From Patescibacteria group bacterium (GTDB taxonomy: Bacteria; Patescibacteriota; CPR2; UBA1875; CAIMLA01), in NCBI GenBank assembly GCA_041738615.1, contig JBGSPL010000003.1, positions 24,708-88,707 of the forward strand: a stretch of 64,000 bases of DNA, written 5' to 3'. Below are positions 1 through 10,472 of the stretch, piece by piece. Both the position numbers and the translations under genes were made by a program. Below the pieces are notes generated by a model, which saw only the letters and a list, made by a program, of their open reading frames with translations, was not told the origin of the DNA and made no database searches. Within the stretch, counting starts at the first letter, position 1, and each line of letters opens with the position of its first letter.

Positions 1-111
1 ATCCGCTTTTTGCAATGGATTCTGTGGTGACAGATATATGGCGAGCGCGAAGGGCACAAAAATCACAATCAAAACTGCTATTAGAATGGCGGCGATAAGT
101 TTCTTAAGCAT
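1..111 (-). CDS. Partial gene (runs off window start), probable YdcF/DUF218-family membrane-anchored protein
   Basis: ATG at 111 overlaps the upstream TGA. Reads MLKKLIAAILIAVLIVIFVPFALAIYLSPQNPLQKAD: a TM helix followed by a 'L..AD' segment typical of YdcF starts. Confidence 0.55.
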   Translation of the reverse strand, partial: MLKKLIAAILIAVLIVIFVPFALAIYLSPQNPLQKAD

Positions 112-1073
112 CAGTCTGTAAACTCCTGAACGAAAACCTTGCCGTGGACTCCGCCATCAAAAGCGGCGATACCCACCTTGCCATAATCCCCAGAGAGCAT
201 ATTTGCTTTGTGCCCTGGAGAGGCTAGCAGCCCCGTCATCGCCTCGTCTGTGTCGGCAGCAGCTGCAAGATTCTCACCCGCAAAAAAAGAGCTAATACCA
301 ACGGCTTTCATTCGGTCAAAGGCACTTTTCCCTTCTGGTGTGTAATGAGATAAATAGCCGCGAGAAAACATATCCTTGCCATGGAGAGCTGCTACTTTTG
401 CCAATTTCTCATCGGCCTTTAGGGCCTTTAGTCCGGCCTTTTCCCGTTCCGCATTGAGACGGGCGAACATCCTGTCCGCCGAAAGTGAATCAGGGGTCGG
501 GTTTACTACCCGAAAACCCAAGTCAGCTTTATCCTTGCTCCCACTAGTAACGGTGGCGAACCTGGCCAGATTACTCGCCACCTCACCAAAAGTAGATTCC
601 AAAAATTTGCCAACTGTTTTTGAGTTACCCTGTAGCTGGCTCCCTACTAGTGACTTGTGAAGATTTGCATCCACCTCTTTCCCCAAAGGGAGAATCACCA
701 GAGTTGCCATAACTAATGCCACGATACCCGCCGCCTTCACAACCCCTAGCGCAACTCCCCACCACTTATTCCACCCAGAATCTACTACCTCCTCCGGAAT
801 ATATGCAAGTGCGTAGCTACTGACAATATATAGTATTAACTCAACGACAAACCAGATTACAAAAAATGCCCCGGCTTTGACAAAAGTTTCCGGTAGGCTT
901 GTCAGGGCTCCTAAAAAACTAGCTAAACCCGAATAGAAAACTAGCGCCGAACCAAATGAAATCAAAAGAATCCCTAGGTCCGCGGCCTCGCGAACTAACC
1001 CTCGGCGAAAACCGAGCAGCCCGAAAATAACTAGAATTAATCCAATAATCAGGTCAATGTAATTCATAACCAC
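111..1073 (-). CDS. CvpA (colicin V production) membrane domain fused to CAP/SCP domain
   Basis: N-terminal 'IDLII...GFRRGLVREA' with several TM helices. C-terminal 'LNAEREKAGL...HGKDM..GYLSH...GENLA...SPGHKANML' CAP motifs. Confidence 0.85.
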   Translation of the reverse strand: MVMNYIDLIIGLILVIFGLLGFRRGLVREAADLGILLISFGSALVFYSGLASFLGALTSLPETFVKAGAFFVIWFVVELILYIVSSYALAYIPEEVVDSGWNKWWGVALGVVKAAGIVALVMATLVILPLGKEVDANLHKSLVGSQLQGNSKTVGKFLESTFGEVASNLARFATVTSGSKDKADLGFRVVNPTPDSLSADRMFARLNAEREKAGLKALKADEKLAKVAALHGKDMFSRGYLSHYTPEGKSAFDRMKAVGISSFFAGENLAAAADTDEAMTGLLASPGHKANMLSGDYGKVGIAAFDGGVHGKVFVQEFTD

Positions 1074-1118
1074 CCTATTCTACATTTCCAGGCACAAAAA
1101 AGCTATTGAAACGATCGC

Positions 1119-3326
1119 CTATAGTCTTCTTAGGCGCAACAAAAGTGAATTTGTAAGTACGCTAACACTCGAGAGGGCCATAGCCGCACCAGCAAACTCA
1201 GGGCGTAGAACCAAGCCGAAACTAACAAAGAATACTCCGGCCGCTACCGGGATACCCACGGTATTGTAAGCAAATGCCCAAAACAGGTTCTGTCGAATCT
1301 TGTTCATCGTCAGCCTGGAAAGACGGACCGCTCGTGCTACATCACGGATATCATTCTTGATCAAGACTACATCTCCAGACTCTATTGCAACATCAGTTCC
1401 GCTTCCCATAGCAATGCCAACGTCCGCTTTTGCGAGCGCTATCGAGTCATTAATTCCATCGCCTACAAAGATTACTCGGCCCAGTTCTTTCTGAATTTTA
1501 GCAACATTCTCGGCTTTCTCTTCTGGCAGAACCTCAGCAACGACACGTTGAACACCCACCAGGTGTGCAATACTCGCTGCCGTTACCTTGTTGTCACCCG
1601 TAACCATATATGTCGCAATCCCCATACTATGGAGCATTGCCACTGCCTCTTTGGCGTTTTCCTTAGGCTTATCCGCAATCGCAATCAAACCAACGAACAG
1701 TTTTTTGGTAAACAGAATCACAACCGTCTTTGATTCTTTCTCAAGGCGTAACTTGGCTTCTTCCTGTATTTCTCTGCCCATTATCTGCTCGGCGTATTTA
1801 GTGTTGCCTATAAAATATTCCGAGCCAGATATTTTTGCCGTTACTCCAAGTCCTGTAACAGAAGAGAAACCCGCAATCTTATCTACGGCTACCTTATTTT
1901 CCTTTGCGAAAGCGACAATTGCATCAGCAAGAGGGTGTTCACTCATCTTTTCAATCGAAGCTGCCACTCTCAATACGTCTGCCTCCGTATAACCGTCGGC
2001 CAACACCACCACATCCGTAACTTCGGGTTTACCCACTGTAAGTGTCCCTGTTTTGTCAAATATCACAGCACGGATTTTTTCTGCTGTTTCCAGTGCCTCA
2101 CCGGACTTGATAAGGATTCCATACTTCGCCCCCATGCCGGTGCCAACCATAATTGCGGCTGGAGTTGCCAAGCCTAGAGCACAAGGACAGGAAATCACCA
2201 AAACGGCAACCGCCATCATCAACGAAAATTCAAAACCCTGGCTAGTGGCAAAGAACCAATACAGAAAGGTGACAAGAGAAACCGACATCACGAAACCAAC
2301 AAAATAACCGGAGATTGTATCGGCGAGCTTCTGAATTGGGGCTTTGCTTCCCTGCGCCTCCTCAACGAGCCTTACAATCCGCGAAAGCACTGTACCCTCA
2401 CCAACTTCTGTTGCCCTTATTGTAATCGCACCGTGCCCGTTGATCGTGGCGCCTATGACTTTACTCCCCTTTTCCTTCGAAACAGGGAAAGCTTCGCCAG
2501 AAATCATGGACTCATCCACGCTGCTAGATCCTGATATCACCACGCCATCAACCGGTATTTTCTCGCCCGGCTTCACAAGAATTGTGTCCCCAATCCTCAC
2601 CTCGTCAATCCCGAGTACCAACTCTTTACCCTCTCGAATAACACAGGCGGTTGGAGCCTGTAAATTCAAAAGCTCTTTGATGGCAGAACCACTTTTTGCC
2701 TTGGCTTTTGCTTCAAGTACCTTACCTAATAGAATAAATGTAACCAAAACTGCAGCCGTCTCGTAATACACATCGCCGTTTGCCAGGAAAGTATTATAGA
2801 CGGAAAAAAGAAAGGCCGACATCGTACCTACTGCGACCAAAGTATCCATATTTGCCGTCCGGTTCCTCGCCGCCAAAAATGCTCCCCGAATAAATTGCCA
2901 CCCAGCCACAAACTGAACCGGCGTAGTTAGTGCCAAAAGCCATAATTTCCGTCCAGGAAATTCCATCAACATCTCTGCATTAATACCCAGCGGCATAAGC
3001 AGCTGCGGCATAGAGATTAAAAGCACAGGGAGAGAAAATAGCAACGCAAGCAAGAACTTTTGCACTAGCGAATCCTGATACCAACGAGTTGATTTTTCTT
3101 TGGGTGCAGTCATCTTAAGCTCTGTTGCACCGTACCCAAATAGTTTCACCCTTTTCTGAATCTCGGCAGAATTAATTATCTCCGCGTCGTACTCTACCAC
3201 CATTTTTTCAGAGGCAAGATTTACGTTAACTTTGGCGATACCCCCTACTTTAGATAGGTTGTCTTCAATTATTTTCACACAAGACGCACAATGCATCCCC
3301 GTAATTGTATATGTTCTTTTTTCCAT
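1119..3326 (-). CDS. copA: Cu(I)-translocating P1B-type ATPase
   Basis: HMA GMHCASC, CPC, DKTGTLT, SEHPLA, GDGIND, YN...P and MALSS motifs. Confidence 0.95.
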   Translation of the reverse strand: MEKRTYTITGMHCASCVKIIEDNLSKVGGIAKVNVNLASEKMVVEYDAEIINSAEIQKRVKLFGYGATELKMTAPKEKSTRWYQDSLVQKFLLALLFSLPVLLISMPQLLMPLGINAEMLMEFPGRKLWLLALTTPVQFVAGWQFIRGAFLAARNRTANMDTLVAVGTMSAFLFSVYNTFLANGDVYYETAAVLVTFILLGKVLEAKAKAKSGSAIKELLNLQAPTACVIREGKELVLGIDEVRIGDTILVKPGEKIPVDGVVISGSSSVDESMISGEAFPVSKEKGSKVIGATINGHGAITIRATEVGEGTVLSRIVRLVEEAQGSKAPIQKLADTISGYFVGFVMSVSLVTFLYWFFATSQGFEFSLMMAVAVLVISCPCALGLATPAAIMVGTGMGAKYGILIKSGEALETAEKIRAVIFDKTGTLTVGKPEVTDVVVLADGYTEADVLRVAASIEKMSEHPLADAIVAFAKENKVAVDKIAGFSSVTGLGVTAKISGSEYFIGNTKYAEQIMGREIQEEAKLRLEKESKTVVILFTKKLFVGLIAIADKPKENAKEAVAMLHSMGIATYMVTGDNKVTAASIAHLVGVQRVVAEVLPEEKAENVAKIQKELGRVIFVGDGINDSIALAKADVGIAMGSGTDVAIESGDVVLIKNDIRDVARAVRLSRLTMNKIRQNLFWAFAYNTVGIPVAAGVFFVSFGLVLRPEFAGAAMALSSVSVLTNSLLLRLRRL

Positions 3327-3336
3327 GGTTATTCCT

Positions 3337-4686
3337 CTATTCTGTTACCGTAAAGTCGCCGCTATACATCCCCATCGAACAGGTAAAATGCAAAGTTCCG
3401 ACATCTTTTGGTGTAAAAGTTAATGTGTTCGGACCCTTTCGTAATAGCTGTTGAATGTCCATATCGGTCGCCAAGATATAGCTTGCACAAGTAGATATAT
3501 CCTTCACATCTATCTGCCAACTCACTGGAACACCCTTCTTTACGGTGAAGTGGCTTGGCGAATAACCGTACTTCGTAACGTCCATTTTCACCACCTGTTC
3601 CCCGTCTTGGACAGTCGCAGTTTGAGGCGTATCACTGTTGTCGGTTGTGGAAGTTGATACATCGAACTTTGGCAGCTGGAATCCTATCAGATTAAATGAT
3701 GCTGATAGATTTACAAGAGACAAGATAACCACTACCACACCCATAAAACGGAATAATTTCGTCGCAAACGAGCCCTTGGCAAATGAAGCTATAGAGCCGA
3801 CAAGTAATAATCCGGGGGTGGTACCGAGTGCAAATAGAGACATAAGTAGCGCCCCTGATATGAAACTACCAGAAGATATTGCCACAAGTTGCACAGCTTG
3901 AGTAAATCCGCAGGGCAAAAAAAATGTAAGAGCGCCCGAGATAATTGCGCCCGAGTGAGAGTATGCCCCCCGAGAGAACCTAGTCGGTACTAGATTGCTA
4001 ATGAATTTCGGTATGGTAAAGTTAATCTTTGATATTTTGGGAGATATCTCCGTCAGCTGCAGGCCAATGACAAGCATTACTACTGCAACCACAAACAGCA
4101 ACCAACCGTTTGCCGCCGGCGACACCTTGATGAATGTGCCTAATTCACCGAGAATGCCACCCAGTACAAAGAATCCAACTATTCTACCAATATTGAAGTA
4201 AATGTTTGGTATAAACGACTTAAGCCCCGTGATTTCTGGATGTTTTTCTCGAAATCTCGCCGTAAAACCAAGTACTAGGCCACCAACCAAGGCCATACAG
4301 GTCGAAAATCCTGCCGTCATACCGAGAAATACTACTACTCCGTAGCTGTAACTACCGCCCGTAATTGCGGGTAACAATTTTGAAGCGCCCGAAAGACTAA
4401 AAAGCACATAGATAATCGCTGCCAATAGAAGCGATAGTACCACGTCTAGGTAAACAGACGTTTTCTGGGTAAAGAACCCCGATTCCTCAAGTCCTAGTTT
4501 GTATCCGGCACTAACGATTACAGACTCTACCTGTTTGATGTCAAAATCGCCATCTACACGGACCTCGGCACGAACGTTACTGGCCTTAACTTTCGTAACA
4601 CCAGGAATCTGAGAAATATTGCTTTCTAGTAACAATTCACACGATTTGCAGTGCATCCCACTAACTTTAATCTTTTTCACTTCCAT
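3337..4686 (-). CDS. HMA + DsbD_2 (TauE-like) + cupredoxin multidomain membrane protein
   Basis: GMHCKSC; STCMALVGG and [11 protein letters not shown] cysteines; C-terminal FTCSMGMY cupredoxin motif. Confidence 0.85.
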   Translation of the reverse strand: MEVKKIKVSGMHCKSCELLLESNISQIPGVTKVKASNVRAEVRVDGDFDIKQVESVIVSAGYKLGLEESGFFTQKTSVYLDVVLSLLLAAIIYVLFSLSGASKLLPAITGGSYSYGVVVFLGMTAGFSTCMALVGGLVLGFTARFREKHPEITGLKSFIPNIYFNIGRIVGFFVLGGILGELGTFIKVSPAANGWLLFVVAVVMLVIGLQLTEISPKISKINFTIPKFISNLVPTRFSRGAYSHSGAIISGALTFFLPCGFTQAVQLVAISSGSFISGALLMSLFALGTTPGLLLVGSIASFAKGSFATKLFRFMGVVVVILSLVNLSASFNLIGFQLPKFDVSTSTTDNSDTPQTATVQDGEQVVKMDVTKYGYSPSHFTVKKGVPVSWQIDVKDISTCASYILATDMDIQQLLRKGPNTLTFTPKDVGTLHFTCSMGMYSGDFTVTE

Positions 4687-4695
4687 AAGATTGCC

Positions 4696-5082
4696 TTATT
4701 TCTTACTTCGGTAGTCTTTAATCGCCGCCTGCAGCGCATTGGCCGCGAGATTTGAGCAATGCATCTTTACTGGTGGCAAACCACCAAGAGACGCTGCCAC
4801 CTCGGCATTTGTTACCTTCTCTGCCTCGTCTATGGTCATCCCCTTCACCATCTCCGTAATACGGCTAGATGTGGCTACTGCGGCACCACAACCAAAGGTC
4901 TGGAACTTCACGTCCTTGATTGTTTCCTTGCCATCTACGAGCTCCACATCAAGGTAGATTTTCATAATGTCACCACAGGTTGGGTTCCCTGTCTCGCCCA
5001 CTCCGTTGGCGTCCTTTAGTATCCCTACGTTGCGTGGGTTCATAAAGTGGTCCATCACTTCTTTAGTATATAAATCTGCCAT
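4696..5082 (-). CDS. iscU: Fe-S cluster scaffold IscU/NifU
   Basis: HFMNPRNVG, GNPTCGD, FGCG, LPPVKMHCSNL. Confidence 0.95.
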   Translation of the reverse strand: MADLYTKEVMDHFMNPRNVGILKDANGVGETGNPTCGDIMKIYLDVELVDGKETIKDVKFQTFGCGAAVATSSRITEMVKGMTIDEAEKVTNAEVAASLGGLPPVKMHCSNLAANALQAAIKDYRSKK

Positions 5083-5083
5083 T

Positions 5084-5440
5084 TCAGTCTCCTATCCTCT
5101 TTATGTTGTCTATTGTTACCAGAATCGCACCTTTGACGGGTAACCCTTGATTTTCGGTTATGTTTCTCGCGTAATCTAGCCACTTACCTGCGTCTTCGTA
5201 GGCTGCTTTTCCTGAGATCTTGTACCCTATCCAGTCATCACCCCATACCGCGAGTTCGACTTTACCATTTTTGTGTAAATTCGATACCGTTGTCGTCATG
5301 TAATTATCCGTAATTAGCAGCTTCTCGTCTGGCAAAACCTTCACATAAGCCGCTACACTAATATTCGGCTTATCCATAGAGCAAGTCGATATCGCGACCG
5401 GATTGTTCTCGATTAACTTTTTCGCTTCGTCTGAAATCAT
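5084..5440 (-). CDS. Pyridoxamine 5'-phosphate oxidase-family FMN-binding protein
   Basis: 'ISTCSMDKPNIS...LLITDNYMTTTVSNL..N.KV...GYKISGKA' split-barrel pattern. Confidence 0.75.
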   Translation of the reverse strand: MISDEAKKLIENNPVAISTCSMDKPNISVAAYVKVLPDEKLLITDNYMTTTVSNLHKNGKVELAVWGDDWIGYKISGKAAYEDAGKWLDYARNITENQGLPVKGAILVTIDNIKRIGD

Positions 5441-6636
5441 CGTACTGGGCTCATATCTCTTAGTTTCTTTACGATTCCTGGAAGATGTTTCATCAACTCC
5501 TCTACGTCCTCTTTGCTGTTCATCTTGCCCAGCGAGAACCGGATTGCCCCATGGGCGTCAATATCCGCAAATCCCATGGCTTTCGTTACATGCGATGGCT
5601 CTAGACTCCCAGAAGTACAAGCTGAACCCGACGAAGCTGCAATCCCAACCATGTCCAGATTTATGAGGATTGATTCACCCTCGATATGTTTGAAAAGAAA
5701 TGAAACTATATGCGGTAACCGTTTGGACAACTTCTTTGGTCCCAGTAGCTCAACGTCTGGTATTTCTTTAAGGATCCTTGCGATCAGATAGTCGCATACT
5801 TCCGCGATTTTCTTCTCGTTTGTGGTCCTGTCTGCGGCTGCCTGTTTCATCGCCGCAGCCATACCGACGATGTATGGCACATTCTCGGTTCCGGCACGCA
5901 GATTACGCTCCTGAGCCCCACCTTGCTGCTGCGATGAGAACTTAGTACCTTTCTTCACGTAGAGAAGTCCCACTCCCTTGGGACCATAGAACTTATGCCC
6001 AGTAAGACTGAGCATGTCCACTCCAAGATCATGAACGTTGATATCGATGTATTGAAACGCCTGCACCGCGTCTGTATGAAATACCAGGGGCAGCGGGTTC
6101 CCCTCTTTCTGTCTCTTGTCTTTTGCTTTCTGTATAACCTTACCAATCTCGGCAATTGGTTCTACGGCCCCCATCTCATTATTGCCGTACATTACCGAAA
6201 TAATAGCTGTGTTGTCACGAATTGCTTCTGCTACGTCCTTGGGGTCTACGAGACCCTCTCGATCGACAGGAAGATAAGTTACATCAACACCATAAGTCTT
6301 GTGAAGATATTTTGCAGAGTCCAGAACACAATGATGTTCTACTGAGCTGACTATAATGTGAGGCGTGGCATGCAGAATAGTAGCCGCTGACTGGCAAACA
6401 CCCTTCAGCGCCAGATTATTGGATTCTGTAGCACCACTGGTGAAGATAATCTCTGAAGATTTCGCACCTAGTAGGTTCGCGATTTCTTCCCTAGCCTCAT
6501 TTACTGCCTCTTTTGCATCTCGCCCTAGAGAATAGATGCTCGAAGGGTTGCCAAAATGCTCAGTAAAATAGGGTTTCATTGCCGCAAGAACAGCTTCGTC
6601 TACAGGTGTCGTAGCCGCATGATCCATGTAAATCAT
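5437..6636 (-). CDS. iscS: Cysteine desulfurase (group I)
   Basis: YMDHAATTP, HTDAVQ, GHKFYGPKG, SSGSACTS. Confidence 0.95.
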   Translation of the reverse strand: MIYMDHAATTPVDEAVLAAMKPYFTEHFGNPSSIYSLGRDAKEAVNEAREEIANLLGAKSSEIIFTSGATESNNLALKGVCQSAATILHATPHIIVSSVEHHCVLDSAKYLHKTYGVDVTYLPVDREGLVDPKDVAEAIRDNTAIISVMYGNNEMGAVEPIAEIGKVIQKAKDKRQKEGNPLPLVFHTDAVQAFQYIDINVHDLGVDMLSLTGHKFYGPKGVGLLYVKKGTKFSSQQQGGAQERNLRAGTENVPYIVGMAAAMKQAAADRTTNEKKIAEVCDYLIARILKEIPDVELLGPKKLSKRLPHIVSFLFKHIEGESILINLDMVGIAASSGSACTSGSLEPSHVTKAMGFADIDAHGAIRFSLGKMNSKEDVEELMKHLPGIVKKLRDMSPVR

Positions 6637-6854
6637 TACTTGAGCTCCTTTTTTACTGTAGTGATACAGGACTTGCAGGCATTTACCTGAGCTCGCTCCT
6701 GATTTTCAATCTTTTTGTAGTCATCCCAGGAGATTAGCACTCCTACAGGATCCGAATATCGCAAAATCACGGTACCGGTGCCGCTTTTGAGGCCCCCCAG
6801 TATCTTTGATGCATTATTTGCTAGCTCTGCGGTAGTTATAAACTTTTCCTTCAT
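6636..6854 (-). CDS. Phd/YefM-like DNA-binding protein with C-terminal CxxC
   Basis: 'FITTAELANNASKIL......TVILRYSDPVGVLISWDDY' matches the Phd/YefM pattern; tail ACKSC; SD AGGAG. Confidence 0.7.
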   Translation of the reverse strand: MKEKFITTAELANNASKILGGLKSGTGTVILRYSDPVGVLISWDDYKKIENQERAQVNACKSCITTVKKELK

Positions 6855-6867
6855 GTGTCTCCTACAA

Positions 6868-6914
6868 AATGTTACCCTACTTCTAGGGTAACATTAACGG
6901 TAACTTTGTGTCAA
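6868..6914 (-). promoter_or_regulatory. Sigma70 promoter overlapped by a 12-bp inverted-repeat operator
   Basis: AATGTTACCCTA-cttc-TAGGGTAACATT (6868-6895); TTGACA on minus strand at 6909-6914; TGnTACCCT -10 lies inside the palindrome. Confidence 0.7.
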
Positions 6915-6919
6915 TATAT

Positions 6920-7393
6920 TTACGGTATCGTCGTCAGGTCTTTACTACACCAGCCGGTCTTTCCACTGTAAGTGACCTTCAACCAACCAGATTGTTCTTC
7001 CTCTACCGTGAGTTTCGTTTTGTCGGGAATGATTGTCAGCACAGCAGCCGTTGTAACTGCTGTTTGGCGCAAATTCAGGCCACCTTCTGAGTTCACATAG
7101 ACACTCTTTGGGGCCACGGTTGTAGGCTCTGTGGTTTCCTGAGCCTCCGACACAATCGAACCTTCGATCTTCTCCTCCGCCTTTATCTTGTTATCACTGG
7201 TATAAGCCCGATAAGCCGTATATACAACGCCACCTAGCAATAGAGCAAGAGCAAGACAGGCTACAACAGTTACCCAGATGCTTCTATTCGGCTCATCTAG
7301 CGTGATGATGTCCGAGGGCTTCTCTGCGATTAGCTCTTCCTCTGGCACCGCCACCATAAATTCTTCTAGTGTCTTTTTGCGCTTTGCATCCAA
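6920..7393 (-). CDS. Single-pass membrane protein with bacterial SH3 domain
   Basis: TM helix, then 'VNSEGGLNLR...IPDKTKLTV....GWLKVTYSGKTGW'. Confidence 0.8.
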   Translation of the reverse strand: MDAKRKKTLEEFMVAVPEEELIAEKPSDIITLDEPNRSIWVTVVACLALALLLGGVVYTAYRAYTSDNKIKAEEKIEGSIVSEAQETTEPTTVAPKSVYVNSEGGLNLRQTAVTTAAVLTIIPDKTKLTVEEEQSGWLKVTYSGKTGWCSKDLTTIP

Positions 7394-7405
7394 GGTCGTG
7401 CCTCC

Positions 7406-7434
7406 CTAGATTCCAGCCTTCGCTGGAATGACGG
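7406..7434 (-). repeat. CGTC-type REP-like palindrome inside tatD 3' end
   Basis: CCGTCATTCCAGCGAAGGCTGGAATCTAG, encoding VIPAKAGI-stop; related copy at 33511-33538. Confidence 0.75.
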
Positions 7435-8269
7435 TTGGTTTTAGATTAAATAGTTTTATTGCATTCATTGTAGTACGTTCCAAAACTGTTTCCAATGGGA
7501 TACCCGAGGTGTCGGCTATAAACTGTGCCACCATAAAAGCGTTACTAGGTTCATTGCGCTCACCTTTTTTCTCGCCCGGTGCTAGGTACGGACAGTCCGT
7601 TTCTAAAACGATATGATCGAGCCCCACTTCTCTTATAAGTCTCTTATAAGTATCCGAGTAAGTAACGATACCGTTGAGTCCGATGCTATAGCCGAGTTCG
7701 ATAAATTTTCGCGCTGTCTTATACCCGCCGATAAAGCTGTGAATTACACCCGCTTTCTTTACAGGGTGTGCGGTAAGGATCTCTAGCAGATCTAGGTAAC
7801 CGTCCCAGCAATGGATCATTACTGGCTTTTCCACCTCGTTAGCGATATTGATGAGCTCGATGAGTGTTTCTTTCTGCCTAGCTTTCAATGCTTCCACATC
7901 GTCCGTTTCCTCGAAATGATGATAGTCGAGCCCAATCTCTCCGATTGCCACCACCTTCTCATCCCTTGCTAGCTCAAGATATTTATCCCGATCAAAGACC
8001 TCCCCCCTGGTATGTATTTCTATTGGTTCGAGCTCATTACTGTCCGCGTAAGTAAAGCTCCCTTCCTGCAAATGTACTGGGTGGATACCGACGGCAGACC
8101 AGACATTCTCGAAACGGTGGGCAGTATGAACCGACCGTTCGCTGGTAGAGTACTGGGTACCAACGTTTATAACACCCATCCCGAGTCCCAAGGCTCTCTG
8201 CAACACCTCATCACCATCCTCTTTATACGCGGCAAAATTTACGTGAGCATGTGTATCAACTAGTTTCAT
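7406..8269 (-). CDS. tatD: TatD family nuclease
   Basis: DTHAH, GIHP, VAIGEIGLDY, IHC, HSF, LETDCPYL. Confidence 0.93.
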   Translation of the reverse strand: MKLVDTHAHVNFAAYKEDGDEVLQRALGLGMGVINVGTQYSTSERSVHTAHRFENVWSAVGIHPVHLQEGSFTYADSNELEPIEIHTRGEVFDRDKYLELARDEKVVAIGEIGLDYHHFEETDDVEALKARQKETLIELINIANEVEKPVMIHCWDGYLDLLEILTAHPVKKAGVIHSFIGGYKTARKFIELGYSIGLNGIVTYSDTYKRLIREVGLDHIVLETDCPYLAPGEKKGERNEPSNAFMVAQFIADTSGIPLETVLERTTMNAIKLFNLKPTVIPAKAGI

Positions 8270-9500
8270 GAATTGTCCTTATTTTTGGTATTACGTGTAT
8301 GGTTTTATCTTTCTTTACATACGGCAATTCACACTTGGCCCGCGGCATCAGCCCGGCTGCCATTGCGCCAGCTGCCCCAGAGAGGAGACCCACAATTATC
8401 AGTGTCTTGTCGTTTAAAAAATAGCTCAAAGCTATCAAGATAGCATAAAAGATAATCTTTGCAGCGTCTATTGCAGATTCCATGGCAAAGATGTATTCCT
8501 GACGACTGTTCTCATCGGCGTGAAGATAGTACTCCGAAGTGTATGGCGCTTGCCGAAGCGAACTTACCAGACTACGCGCCATGTTCAACGAGATGATCTG
8601 CACAAAAGTGTCGACAAAAGTAACCAGTACGAAGATAAATCCATCTAGTAAACTCCCCGTGGTGATGAACCGATGGCGGTTAGCATTATTTACTCTCTTC
8701 CCGACGAGGTATGTGACGATGATGGTCATTACAAGCGCCGCGGAGGTGATAAACCCTACAGACTGGTAGCTTTTGACGCTAGCATAGACGAAGAGCGGCC
8801 AAAAGACGAGGGAAACTGAAGCCTCTATTCCCGCCCCTCCATAGGAAATAAGGTCGCGAGATATATTACCTAGTTTGATTTTAGAAAGGTCTATAGGAGC
8901 TCCAGTGTGTAGCTCAGACTTTTTGAGCAGTGGAGTAAACACCAAAGCAAGCATTGCGATAACAATTAGGTAAAGAACACCGAACCCAAACCTGCTAGCT
9001 ATCAATCCTCCAGCCAGTGGTGCTACAGCACCGAGTACGGCTAGGATAATATACATTTTACTGACGTCCCTGGTAGCGTCTTTCTTCTTGGTGCTCCTCG
9101 AAAAGTCGTAGTGGTACCCTTGCCAGTATAACGCGAGCGCAATACCGCCACAGAGGCCGATAAACCACAGCGGCCAGTGATACGCGGGCAATGTAGAAAG
9201 CATCCAGAAGTGAGCGATCAGTGGTGGCATGGAAAGCGCTATCGCGTGCTTGGGGCCTACCTTGGAGATATACGAGGCAGAGACAAACTCGAAACTAAGC
9301 TCAGTCACGAACATCACGAGGTGCAAAACGAGAACATCACGCAGACTATATCCTAGCGAAAGCAAATATATAGGCACAAAAATGCTAATCATAGAGCAGA
9401 CGAAGGAACGCATACTCATGACTAAAAATATTTCGTTTATCTCGGTGTGTTTGATACGAAACATCTGATGTTGAACTAGTTGATGATCGCTAATAGACAA
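8256..9500 (-). CDS. MFS-like transporter
   Basis: About 12 hydrophobic helices in two halves; TTG start after GGAGGGG. Confidence 0.75.
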   Translation of the reverse strand: MSISDHQLVQHQMFRIKHTEINEIFLVMSMRSFVCSMISIFVPIYLLSLGYSLRDVLVLHLVMFVTELSFEFVSASYISKVGPKHAIALSMPPLIAHFWMLSTLPAYHWPLWFIGLCGGIALALYWQGYHYDFSRSTKKKDATRDVSKMYIILAVLGAVAPLAGGLIASRFGFGVLYLIVIAMLALVFTPLLKKSELHTGAPIDLSKIKLGNISRDLISYGGAGIEASVSLVFWPLFVYASVKSYQSVGFITSAALVMTIIVTYLVGKRVNNANRHRFITTGSLLDGFIFVLVTFVDTFVQIISLNMARSLVSSLRQAPYTSEYYLHADENSRQEYIFAMESAIDAAKIIFYAILIALSYFLNDKTLIIVGLLSGAAGAMAAGLMPRAKCELPYVKKDKTIHVIPKIRTIHETS

Positions 9501-9613
9501 ATCCCCTCCAGAAAGCTTAATGAAAAATGATTACACCGTCGAAGAACCAGGCTGTTCGAAATTATGGAAGCGGAAGCAAAGAATAATTTCTATCCAATTC
9601 TACTTCATGACTC

Positions 9614-10456
9614 TTATCTCATTAGTAATGTCGCTACGACGCATCCGAGTATTATGAAATCCGCCATGGCTTTTCTAAAAGTAAAGTGCTCTTTTAGATA
9701 AACCTTTGAGAAAGTAAGGGTCAAAAGAGGTGAAAGAAGCAAAATAAGCGTTGATTGAACAATTCCCAAGTAGATTATAGCGTAAAACCTAGCAATATAC
9801 TCTATATAAGTAATCAGTCCTGTTGCTAGAATATTCCGTTTTTCAAAACTAGGTAACTTACTGATTTTTGGGCGAAACACTATCCAAAATATCACAGTTA
9901 ATAATCCAGTTCGAAACAAATAGAATCCCACTGGAGACATTACCTCTAGTAGAACCTTCGCTAGCTGAGCCTCCAGCGACAACAAGAAAATAAATCCGAC
10001 TAAAGCTAATGTTGTCTTCTTGAAACCAATCTTAAAATGTTTCCTTTTCAACCTAGAAAGAATCAGTGCAAAGGCTGCAATGAGTGTAAGAACTAAAGGC
10101 CAAAGACTTCTTTCTGATGGAAATAATAGGGCGGCCATTATCACAGTAACTGGCCGGTCGAGTAATACAAATGGTTCTACATCGCAAAGTTCTTCTTTTT
10201 TAAGGCTATAAAAGAAGAACACGTTATAAAAATATGCGACAAATGTCTCTAAGATGAAAAGTAGCAAATACTTTGTAGTAAAAAACTCAATATCAACCCT
10301 GCCTAAAAAAGGGAAAACGAACAGCCCAATTATAAATAATATTGCCATAGAGAAAGGCAGGAACTGTTTATAGGTAATATTTTTTGTTTTCAAAATTACT
10401 TTATCTAGTATGCTCTCAGCTGAGTTTGCAAACATATTGATAATTGCAAAAATCAT
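9614..10456 (-). CDS. EamA/DMT family transporter
   Basis: About 10 TM helices in two repeats, each ending in 'LLFPSER' / 'VYLKEH'; AT-rich gene. Confidence 0.75.
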   Translation of the reverse strand: MIFAIINMFANSAESILDKVILKTKNITYKQFLPFSMAILFIIGLFVFPFLGRVDIEFFTTKYLLLFILETFVAYFYNVFFFYSLKKEELCDVEPFVLLDRPVTVIMAALLFPSERSLWPLVLTLIAAFALILSRLKRKHFKIGFKKTTLALVGFIFLLSLEAQLAKVLLEVMSPVGFYLFRTGLLTVIFWIVFRPKISKLPSFEKRNILATGLITYIEYIARFYAIIYLGIVQSTLILLLSPLLTLTFSKVYLKEHFTFRKAMADFIILGCVVATLLMR

Positions 10457-10472
10457 TTGCCCTCCACCGACA

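Noticed and set aside
6636-6854. Type II toxin-antitoxin module
   Set aside because: No toxin gene adjacent; the neighbours are iscS and an SH3 membrane protein.
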